The notes under the pieces are model-generated. The model did no database searches. It was given only the letters and a program-made list of their open reading frames with translations, and was not told the origin of the DNA. This document shows, piece after piece, positions 56,484-64,000 of a stretch of DNA of 64,000 nt. A program made the translations under genes and the position numbers. The stretch spans positions 34,841 to 98,840 of the IMG/VR virus record IMGVR_UViG_3300045988_151591. One strand, written 5' to 3'. Origin of the DNA: a virus. Positions within the stretch are counted from its first letter, which is position 1. Each line of letters opens with the position of its first letter.

Positions 56484-56762
56484 ATGAAGACAATCACCGC
56501 AACCCCTCAGACCATCACAGCCGCCGCAGTACGTCGCGCCCTGGCTCAGTGTCTCACCCTCGCCGCCACATACGGCGCACAGCGCACCGCCGCAGCTCTG
56601 AGAGCTGCACGCCGTTTCGCCATCCTCTCCGCTGCTTGGCTCCGTGCCTCGCATGAGTTTTTCGCCCAGGATGGCGACCCTATCCGCTGCACAGGCTGGC
56701 AGCTCGTCGGCTTCAACCTCGCCGCCGCTGCCGTTGTCGTATTACTCAGCATTAAGTATTAA
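56484..56762 (+). CDS. hypothetical protein (92 aa)
   Basis: Ala-rich ORF. Confidence 0.35.
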   Translation: MKTITATPQTITAAAVRRALAQCLTLAATYGAQRTAAALRAARRFAILSAAWLRASHEFFAQDGDPIRCTGWQLVGFNLAAAAVVVLLSIKY

Positions 56763-56773
56763 CCATTTAAGAT

Positions 56774-56974
56774 ATGTATATTATGACACGTTACAACAAT
56801 TATATAAAGGCTACAGTGCTAACTCCTGGTACCGCTGAAATCATGTATCGAATTATTAATAATACGCCAGAACTTGACAAACTCACGGGCGCACAGTGTG
56901 CCGTTGTCGCCGAATTGATGTACCAGCAAAAAGAGTATGGTTTCGACGAGTGCCTGAAGCAAAATGGCCTATAA
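56774..56974 (+). CDS. hypothetical protein (66 aa)
   Basis: Small ORF. Confidence 0.35.
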   Translation: MYIMTRYNNYIKATVLTPGTAEIMYRIINNTPELDKLTGAQCAVVAELMYQQKEYGFDECLKQNGL

Positions 56975-57037
56975 CGTAATATATTATAGCACCCCTTTAT
57001 AAATCACGGAACAAATAACAACAAAAATACAAAGATT

Positions 57038-59434
57038 ATGAAAGCAACATTAAATGAGATTATCGAGAACTTAGTTAAAGTATTAACCGACAAGGCAGAG
57101 ACCGCACAGTATTACAGCGATAACGAACAATACACCGGCCTTTGTGGCTGGTGCGGTATCATGTCGCCAGAATCTCGCCCGGCATATATAAAGACCTTCG
57201 GCAAGGATACGACCGAGCAAGCCGAGGCCAAGGCCCGCGAGATCATCGCCGAAAAGGAAGCAGCACGCCAGCGCACGAAGTACGCACAGCACGCCAAGGA
57301 AGCCGACCGCCTCGAAGGTGTGCCCGCCGTTGGTGGTTTCTTTTGGGCAGACAATAGCGGCCTAAAGTGTGACGGAGGCCGCGGCCTATTCGAGGAGCTG
57401 CACGCCCTCAACTACTACACACACGCCGACGAAAAGCCCGCCCGCCTCTGTTGTGTCGAGCAAATTATAAAAGTATCGGAGGCCGATTTTTCCCGCCCAG
57501 AACTCGCCGACGAACTCGTAACACGTCACAACCTGCAGGGCTTCTGTCGTTCTGAGGACGTGGACGAGGAACACAACAAATATAACTACAACAACGAGGA
57601 ATGGGCGACCTTTTACACCGTCGGCGCTCTTGTGGTTGCGCCTTCGGGCAAATACTATCTTATAGACTCCGAGGGCTACGACTACGCGCGTTATATCTAC
57701 GTGCCGATTGAATGGCCCGTAATGTTCGCCGATGAGGTGGCGAGCATCAAGGCAGCCGAGGAAGCACGCAAGGCAGAGGAGGCGCGACAGGCAGCCGAGG
57801 AGAAGGCGCAGCGCCTCGCCGAATATCGCACGCGCTGCGCTAAGTGGCTGCCCCTCATGCGCAACGTGGAGGAGATGGAGCAGGACGGAAAAGCAACCGC
57901 CCGAAAGATTGACAACGCCCGAAAGGCGAATATATTGGCCATGTGCTCCGCCGCCTTCCCTGGCGTGAAGTTCTCCGTATCTGTTCGCCGTGGCTGGGGT
58001 GCCGATTTCGATTTAACATGGACCGACGGCCCCACGGTCGAGGAGTTCGAGGCTAAAACCGATCTCGATTTATTTTGCCGCAGTCGCGACACCTTCAACG
58101 GCTGGGACGATTCAACCGACATTATTTTCTCCGAGTTCTGCGAGTTCGCAGATCTGACCATGGGACGCAACGGCGGCGACATCAAGGCACGCCGCGAAAT
58201 GTCAGACGAGGCACGCGCCGCCCTATTGGCTGACATCTTCGCCACCGTTCCCGCCACCGACAGCCGCGACAAATACGGCTATACTAAGCCGTACACCTAC
58301 ACCGACAAGGAGGCCGAGGCAGTAGCCGCAGCCCTTGGCGTGGACGTGTTCGATATACTCATACAGGGATACGCCGAGACCGCCGACACCATCGCCCGCC
58401 GTGCCTGGGACAAACGCAGCTACACCAATACCACAACGCCAGAGCCTACCGACCCGAAGCCGGGCAAGGCTCAAGCAAAGGCGACAGAGCACACCGAAGC
58501 CGCACCCGCTCAGGATGCAGCACAGACCGCCGAAGCACCCGCCGAAGGCTTGCAGCTCGTAGCAACAGCCGAGGGCGTGGCAGTGATAGGCGACAGCCGC
58601 ACAACATACCGCAACCGAAAAGCCATCAAGGCGCACGGCGCGACCTGGAACAAGACCGCCCAACAGTGGCAGGCAAGCGAGCCCGAGGCCGTGGCACGCC
58701 TTCGCGAGTGGTTCGGGGTATCTGTTACCCCGACCGCCCCAGAGGCCGACACAGCCAACGAGAGCGACAGAAAAAAGGCTTTTTTCGTAATCTTTGCAGC
58801 GTGCGAAATTGGTGCGCAGGAATGGAACAAAAGCGGATATTATACAGGAGGAACCACTCAAGACTGCGAACCCTTCGAAGCTGTCGCACCGGAAGCCGTG
58901 ACAGCGTGGAAAGAAGCGGGGCAGCCTCTCAACCGCAACGAGTGCGCCCGCCTCTATGGCGAAGAATTAACCAAGGAGGCCAAGGACGCGCACACAGTTG
59001 CCAGACATCGCGCGAAATATTGCGAAGACTGGCGCGACGAACTCCGCGAGATATGGGGTATATATAAAGATCTGACAGCAACAGACCACACAACCGCAAA
59101 GACTTCCGCAGATGCTACGTTATACGAGCCCGCCGAAATCACGGCAACCGCACCGACCGACACCGCCGAGGACTTCGGCAGACTGACGCAAGCGGGGGAG
59201 CAGCCGGAAGGCTGCGGCAAGGTGTGGCAGTTTGAACGATGCACGGACGCCAACGGCCACGAATTGCACGAAATTCGCCGCGTGCCTTCTGGTTTCATGG
59301 TGTTTTTCAATGTGTGCGAAGCAACGGGCGGCGGTTGCTCTACGATGGTCGTATATCCCACATATTGCGAAGCCCTGGAGGTGCTGACCCACTGCCGACC
59401 TGGTGCACAACTGATTGCCCAGCCTGCGGCATAG
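57038..59434 (+). CDS. large polyvalent-like protein (798 aa) with KxxGAxWxxxxxxW motif
   Basis: 'TYRNRKAIKAHGATWNKTAQQWQ' resembles a plasmid primase-associated C-terminal motif. Modular, acidic. Confidence 0.45.
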   Translation: MKATLNEIIENLVKVLTDKAETAQYYSDNEQYTGLCGWCGIMSPESRPAYIKTFGKDTTEQAEAKAREIIAEKEAARQRTKYAQHAKEADRLEGVPAVGGFFWADNSGLKCDGGRGLFEELHALNYYTHADEKPARLCCVEQIIKVSEADFSRPELADELVTRHNLQGFCRSEDVDEEHNKYNYNNEEWATFYTVGALVVAPSGKYYLIDSEGYDYARYIYVPIEWPVMFADEVASIKAAEEARKAEEARQAAEEKAQRLAEYRTRCAKWLPLMRNVEEMEQDGKATARKIDNARKANILAMCSAAFPGVKFSVSVRRGWGADFDLTWTDGPTVEEFEAKTDLDLFCRSRDTFNGWDDSTDIIFSEFCEFADLTMGRNGGDIKARREMSDEARAALLADIFATVPATDSRDKYGYTKPYTYTDKEAEAVAAALGVDVFDILIQGYAETADTIARRAWDKRSYTNTTTPEPTDPKPGKAQAKATEHTEAAPAQDAAQTAEAPAEGLQLVATAEGVAVIGDSRTTYRNRKAIKAHGATWNKTAQQWQASEPEAVARLREWFGVSVTPTAPEADTANESDRKKAFFVIFAACEIGAQEWNKSGYYTGGTTQDCEPFEAVAPEAVTAWKEAGQPLNRNECARLYGEELTKEAKDAHTVARHRAKYCEDWRDELREIWGIYKDLTATDHTTAKTSADATLYEPAEITATAPTDTAEDFGRLTQAGEQPEGCGKVWQFERCTDANGHELHEIRRVPSGFMVFFNVCEATGGGCSTMVVYPTYCEALEVLTHCRPGAQLIAQPAA

Positions 59435-59528
59435 ACTCCTTATTATAGCGTGTGCGAAAAATTGAGGACTTCGCACACGCTCAGAAAACAAACTCTATAT
59501 TATAGACCCTTAAAAATTGTACTGAATT

Positions 59529-59798
59529 ATGGACAATAGAAAAGAATACGCCTACCTGCTTTGTGTCGGTGGCAAGATCTTAAAGATTATAGCTAAATGG
59601 TGGAGCACGCCGCAGGAAATGACGGCAACGAAATGCGGCATGGCGACCGTGGCACGCACATTCAGAAAGTCGGCGGGCGTGTTGGTCTATGAGCGACAGG
59701 GCGGCGGTCTCTGGAAGTTCGCAGAACGTTGCGAGGTTCGCCCCGACTCTTACCCACGAGAGATCATCCTTACAGCGGACAACGAGATATTATATTAA
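59529..59798 (+). CDS. hypothetical small protein (89 aa)
   Basis: Preceded by a TATATTATAGACCC motif. Confidence 0.4.
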   Translation: MDNRKEYAYLLCVGGKILKIIAKWWSTPQEMTATKCGMATVARTFRKSAGVLVYERQGGGLWKFAERCEVRPDSYPREIILTADNEILY

Positions 59799-59835
59799 AT
59801 CCTATATTATAGACCCTATAAAATTATACTGAATT

Positions 59836-60105
59836 ATGGCAAGAGTAGATTTATACAAGTTTGACGTGTATGAGCCGTATAAGCTATGCGGCGAATGTCA
59901 TAGAACATTAAGAGAGGCAAAGCAGGCCTATGTAAAGCACTTACAGCAAGCCCATCGCGTTGGTTGTCAAATACTTGGCTGCACCCTAAAGGATGATAGC
60001 AGTTTTTTGACCTTCACCCCGTGGTATAGCGACGTACTGGCCTTCGGGCGCACAAAGCTGACCAACATCGGTTACGCCGTGAAAGTTGGCAAGTATAAAA
60101 TATAA
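59836..60105 (+). CDS. hypothetical small protein (89 aa), Cys/His-containing
   Basis: Preceded by a TATATTATAGACCC motif. Contains 'CGECH'. Confidence 0.4.
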   Translation: MARVDLYKFDVYEPYKLCGECHRTLREAKQAYVKHLQQAHRVGCQILGCTLKDDSSFLTFTPWYSDVLAFGRTKLTNIGYAVKVGKYKI

Positions 60106-60146
60106 TAAAATTCTATATTATAGGCCATTCAAAAAACGACTAAATT

Positions 60147-60362
60147 ATGAAATTCGTAAGAACGACTCACTTATCCATTCACTACACCGAGAAGCAGCTA
60201 ATGGATATATATTTAGCGGATGAAAACAGTTTCACCTCTCAAATGATGGTGCAGGAATTACTGGAAGATCAGACTCAACGTTTTTTGCAACTAATAGAGA
60301 GCCAGGCGCTCGGGATGTCACTCGGATGGATGGCACCAAATGCACCAACGAAAAGTCGATAA
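60147..60362 (+). CDS. hypothetical small protein (71 aa)
   Basis: Preceded by a TATATTATAGGCC motif. Confidence 0.35.
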   Translation: MKFVRTTHLSIHYTEKQLMDIYLADENSFTSQMMVQELLEDQTQRFLQLIESQALGMSLGWMAPNAPTKSR

Positions 60363-60406
60363 TAAAAGGGCATGAGAGTCATAGTGGTGGTCTTTGGGCA
60401 GTTTGC

Positions 60407-61009
60407 AGGGACATGGGCAACGATGTTGCTGAGATACGCGCTGCCGTGGATCGTGAGATAGCCGAGGAGACGGCACAGCGAGAGCGCGAGGAGCTTCGCC
60501 TGAAAGCGGAAGCCGAAGCTAAGGTGAAGGCTTTACAGGAGGCTCAGGAGATTAGGGCTGCGCTTGCCGGCATGAAGGACAGTGTATGTATCAAGCCTAT
60601 TGAGGTGTTGCAGCGGTACGACTTGCTGGAGGAGCATCTGGAACAACTGAAGCCTGGTGAGTATGCCGTTTGCATCAACTATAGGAAAAAGGGCACGGTG
60701 GAGTTGCGCACGAAAGCACGAACGACCGACCATCTGAAGGTGTTGGCAAAGGTGACGAAGGAGGAGAAGAATAGTAAAGCCGCTTTACATCGTTTTGCCG
60801 TGAAGGTGCGCGAGGCGTATCAGTCGGGCATTGTCATCATCGGAAAGACTCACGCCCTTCATAGTTTCGGAAAGCGTATTGTGGACGCTGCTCTTTGTAT
60901 CAAAGAGAGTAAAAACACCTACTTTTCCTCGGCTGCGCCTCGAAGATATTATGACAAGAACACTTTGGTGTATATGAAACTTGAACAGATAGAACAGAAC
61001 GGCAATTAA
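60407..61009 (+). CDS. hypothetical coiled-coil protein
   Basis: Internal start at 'MGNDVAEIR'. The 5' end of the ORF overlaps the previous gene. Confidence 0.4.
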   Translation, partial: RDMGNDVAEIRAAVDREIAEETAQREREELRLKAEAEAKVKALQEAQEIRAALAGMKDSVCIKPIEVLQRYDLLEEHLEQLKPGEYAVCINYRKKGTVELRTKARTTDHLKVLAKVTKEEKNSKAALHRFAVKVREAYQSGIVIIGKTHALHSFGKRIVDAALCIKESKNTYFSSAAPRRYYDKNTLVYMKLEQIEQNGN

Positions 61010-61029
61010 TTTAATTTATTATAGACAAT

Positions 61030-61254
61030 ATGGAAAAAGACCAAATCATTTACGACAAACGTAAGGCCATGGGCGAGAGCATCCGCGCAATGCGTACCGC
61101 ACAGGGCTGGGAGCAAGATCAGCTCGCCAAGATTGCGGGCATCTCTATCTCAAACATTCGCAGCGTGGAAGCCGGCAAGTATGCCGTTAATATCGACGTA
61201 CTCAACAAGATTGCAGGAGCACTTGGTGCGGAGCTGAGAATGGTGGAAAGGTAA
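61030..61254 (+). CDS. XRE-family HTH regulator (Cro/CI-like)
   Basis: 'IRAMRTAQGWEQDQLAKIAGISISNIRSVEAGK' HTH. Confidence 0.7.
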   Translation: MEKDQIIYDKRKAMGESIRAMRTAQGWEQDQLAKIAGISISNIRSVEAGKYAVNIDVLNKIAGALGAELRMVER

Positions 61255-61331
61255 TTTTAAAGGTAAAAAAGTAAAAAGGTAAAAAGAGCCTTCTTGCTGA
61301 TTTCAAAACAAAAAGTAAAAAACGAAAGATT

Positions 61332-61631
61332 ATGGCAACAAAGAAAGTTTATCCGTTTATCCATGTTGGCAGCTTTGTCAACGGCGAGGAAGTAATGATT
61401 GACGCTCGCGAAGTATGTTTCTATTATCCCGCACCATCCGTAAAGAAGGCCGATGGAACACCGATTGCCTATGTGGTCGGCTTGCGGTCGGGCAAGGAGT
61501 TGACGCTATGTGTGGACGTTGATCAGGAAGTATATCCTGGAGAGGATCTTGTTACCCTGATTGACAGAGTGCTGTATAGCCACTTCTGGCATGACAACGA
61601 GGACTCTATGCCGGACGAGGATGAGGAATAA
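61332..61631 (+). CDS. hypothetical protein (99 aa)
   Basis: Preceded by a GTAAAAAGGTAAAAAGAGCC element. Confidence 0.45.
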   Translation: MATKKVYPFIHVGSFVNGEEVMIDAREVCFYYPAPSVKKADGTPIAYVVGLRSGKELTLCVDVDQEVYPGEDLVTLIDRVLYSHFWHDNEDSMPDEDEE

Positions 61632-61659
61632 CATAACATTTTAATTTTTACGAAAGAAT

Positions 61660-62277
61660 ATGGCAAAAGAAAGATTTACGTTGACATCGGGCAAGGATCT
61701 GATGTGGACAGTGACAGACAATGAGAACGGAATTGCGATTGAGTTTCGCGAAGGTTTGTTTAATGAGAGTCAGGAGGTGAAGCTGATTGCTGAGTTCACT
61801 TATGGTGACGCACCGAGAATGGCACGTATCATGCGCGAGATAGGCGACTGGATGGCGGAGAAACACGTGGAGGTGGCTCTTAGCGACTGGCGCTCTCGTC
61901 GCTCTGCTATCTGGAAGTTGAGCAACGAAAAATTCTGGCTGGCGATGGCAGCAGCTACCAACAGCCTTCTGCTGTCGGACAAGGACGCAGAACACGCGGC
62001 TTTTATGTTGTACGCCGAGGTGTGCGATTGGGCAGAGTTCGAGAAGAGTGTGGACCTGACGGAAGCCGAGGAGGAAAACCTGAAAGGCGTGTTGTCGGAA
62101 CTGACGGACGCAGAAGCTTGGGAGGTGTTCAAAATCCTGCACGTCTTTTGGAACTATCGCACGGAAGACACAGACATGTTCCAATGGGCTTTGGATGTGA
62201 CCTGGTGGCCTGCATGGTTGCCAACGGATCTGAAAGAGTCTGAGACCGCAGATGATGATATTATAGACGAGAAATAA
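61660..62277 (+). CDS. hypothetical protein (205 aa)
   Basis: ORF. Confidence 0.5.
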   Translation: MAKERFTLTSGKDLMWTVTDNENGIAIEFREGLFNESQEVKLIAEFTYGDAPRMARIMREIGDWMAEKHVEVALSDWRSRRSAIWKLSNEKFWLAMAAATNSLLLSDKDAEHAAFMLYAEVCDWAEFEKSVDLTEAEEENLKGVLSELTDAEAWEVFKILHVFWNYRTEDTDMFQWALDVTWWPAWLPTDLKESETADDDIIDEK

Positions 62278-62289
62278 AACGAGGGAAAT

Positions 62290-62463
62290 ATGGAAATAAT
62301 AAAGACTGAAAATTCAAGATCAGGTCGCCCTGCCATGGAGGGCAGGACACGAAAATATATCGTAGCCGATGATGTGCACGAGTGGATTCTCCAGCACGGA
62401 GGCGGCCAGTATATCACAGACACCATGCGCACGATTATGGCAGTGCAGCAGGGAAACGAATAA
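62290..62463 (+). CDS. hypothetical small protein (57 aa)
   Basis: Read manually. Below the ORF-track length cutoff. Confidence 0.3.
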   Translation: MEIIKTENSRSGRPAMEGRTRKYIVADDVHEWILQHGGGQYITDTMRTIMAVQQGNE

Positions 62464-62509
62464 AAAATAGCAACAACATACTTTTAATTTAGAAACATAT
62501 TATAGCATG

Positions 62510-64000
62510 ATGAAAACAATAGAGAACTTTGACGATTATCGTGCGCTGGTGGACGAGGTGAAGATGCACGACTATAGATATTTCGGGCTGAACCGCCCGA
62601 CCATCAGCGACGAGGAATACGACGCGATGTACTTTGCCTTGCAGGAGTACGAAGAGCAGCACGCGGACGAGATATTGCCCGACTCACCTACTCAGCAGTG
62701 CTACAGCGAGAACGGCAACGGAAAGCGCACGGTGGCACGTCGCACGGCTTGCCTGTCGATGAAGAAGTTGCACGATGCCAAGGCGGTGGTGAAATACCTG
62801 AGAGCGCAGCAGAGAGCTGCCAATATCGGCAGCAAGGGCACGGAGGTGGCTGTAGAGTGGAAGTTTGACGGCGAGACCGTGAGCTTAGTATATCGTCAGG
62901 GAGTGTTGGCAGAAGCCACATACGGACACGGCAAGGAGTTGTTTGGCAACGACTGCCTGGACCATATCAAGCATGTGCAGGGCGTACCCGACAAGGTGGA
63001 CGTATGGAGTCAGTACGACCGAGTGGAGGTGAGAGGCGAGGTGATCATTTCGCTTGAGGAGTTTGCCCGTTATTGCAAGGCTGGCAAATCACCCCGTTCT
63101 ACGAGCAACGGCATCATGGCGAAGAAGGTGGCTGTGGCTGACGAGTGCAAGCGCCTGGAGTTTCATCCTTTCCGCCTCATTATGGATGGCGTGACAAGAC
63201 ACATGCCGGCGATGCAAGCCTTAGAGCGCAACAGCTTTAAGACTTCTGGTTTCGTGTCGGCTCTCAATCTTGAGAAGACGGATACCGAGCTGGAGCAGGA
63301 CATCGAGAACATCGTGTGCGCTGCCGAGGTAAAGCGCGAGAAGCTACCCTACCCTACCGACGGACTTGTCTTTAAGTTCGACAACTACGAGTATTACGAC
63401 TGCATCGGACAGACCGACCATGACGCAAAGTATAACTGCGCGTTTAAGTTCCGTCCCGTATTCAAGGCCGTAACCACCTATCGCGGACATCATACCACGG
63501 TAGGCGAGAAGACTGGCAAGATAACATTCGTAGCCGACTTTGACGAGGTGGAAATGAACGGACACCTTTTTGCTCATGCCAACTGCGGCAGCGAGCGCAC
63601 GTTCCTTCAGAAGGATCTTACACCTGGATGCAAGATTGAGGTTAGCTTGCACGGCGATGTGATTGTTTGCGTTGATGGAAAGGTGGAGGAAGAATCTATC
63701 ATTGAGGAAGAACCTCTTGTTATAGACGAGGAGCCTCTTGTTATAGACGAGTCGGGGATGGTTCATCATCCAGAGCCTCACGTTATAGGGCAGGATATTA
63801 ATCAGAGCCAGGAGTCTGAAGCAGAGCCAGAACCTATTCTTCAGCCGGAGCCTGACCCTCAGCCGAAGCCGAAGCGCAAGCGTAACTATCCGCAGGTAGG
63901 CGAGCCGACACTGCGAGGAAATGAAGAATCGGTATCTGCACAGCAGGAGATGTCTTCTTGTGGCATAAAAAAGGCGTTGACCTATATGTTCGCGGCCTTG
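62510..64000 (+). CDS. NAD-dependent DNA ligase (LigA-like), 3' partial
   Basis: Read manually. No stop codon before the window end. KxDG adenylation motif 'VEWKFDGETVSL'. N-terminal 'YRYFGLNRPTISDEEYDAMYFAL' is LigA-like. Confidence 0.7.
   Translation, partial: MKTIENFDDYRALVDEVKMHDYRYFGLNRPTISDEEYDAMYFALQEYEEQHADEILPDSPTQQCYSENGNGKRTVARRTACLSMKKLHDAKAVVKYLRAQQRAANIGSKGTEVAVEWKFDGETVSLVYRQGVLAEATYGHGKELFGNDCLDHIKHVQGVPDKVDVWSQYDRVEVRGEVIISLEEFARYCKAGKSPRSTSNGIMAKKVAVADECKRLEFHPFRLIMDGVTRHMPAMQALERNSFKTSGFVSALNLEKTDTELEQDIENIVCAAEVKREKLPYPTDGLVFKFDNYEYYDCIGQTDHDAKYNCAFKFRPVFKAVTTYRGHHTTVGEKTGKITFVADFDEVEMNGHLFAHANCGSERTFLQKDLTPGCKIEVSLHGDVIVCVDGKVEEESIIEEEPLVIDEEPLVIDESGMVHHPEPHVIGQDINQSQESEAEPEPILQPEPDPQPKPKRKRNYPQVGEPTLRGNEESVSAQQEMSSCGIKKALTYMFAAL

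Noticed and set aside
57083-58861. Multiple reverse or alternative-frame ORFs inside the 798-aa gene
   Set aside because: They are Arg/Ala/Pro-rich shadow frames of a GC-rich coding region.
63344-63781. 145-aa reverse ORF near the window end
   Set aside because: It lies antisense within the ligase coding region.
1-64000. Integrase, attachment sites, tRNA genes, reverse transcriptase/DGR
   Set aside because: No tyrosine or serine recombinase motifs were recognised in any ORF. No tRNA-like cloverleaf or RT (YxDD) ORF was noticed by eye. Absence is not proof, because I cannot run tRNAscan or HMMs.

Overview
This window reads as about 64 kb of a tailed dsDNA phage (Caudoviricetes) or phage-plasmid-like element from a Bacteroidota host. 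Several genes are preceded by the Bacteroidetes -7 promoter motif TAnnTTTG (e.g. ~7156, ~19937, ~54322, ~55568). No integrase or att site was found, so a prophage state is not supported.

Gene content, in order:
- A minus-strand packaging and DNA-modification block at 0.6-7 kb: terminase large subunit, a Zn-ribbon protein, two DNA methyltransferases (DPPY and NPPY types), and a PAPS-reductase/PP-loop protein.
- A holin-like membrane protein and a 1616-aa tape-measure-like protein with an intrinsic terminator.
- An AT-rich iteron region, then an AEP primase with PriCT-1, a guanylate-kinase-like dNMP kinase, and a divergent ThyX-like protein.
- An S49/ClpP prohead protease fused to a scaffold, a major-capsid candidate followed by a strong terminator, and a structural protein with a G6 slippery tract.
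- A LysR regulator, a Cys-rich/spanin-like cluster, a membrane protein plus GH108 endolysin, and a 5x tandem-repeat array.
- A Dam-type methyltransferase interrupted by a ~300-bp homopolymer-rich insert.
- An HU-like protein, an SPFH lipoprotein, a portal-like protein and a structural block.
- A FabF-like beta-ketoacyl synthase translationally coupled to an acyl carrier protein, embedded in the tail-fibre operon. This is the most unusual element in the window.
- Three collagen-motif tail-fibre proteins with paralogous chaperone-like genes.
- A HicAB toxin-antitoxin pair bracketed by divergent XRE regulators, a large polyvalent-like protein, small early-like genes behind a repeated TATATTATAGACCC motif, and a partial NAD-dependent DNA ligase that runs off the window end.

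Many long reverse-strand ORFs lie in GC-rich coding stretches and are treated as antisense shadows.
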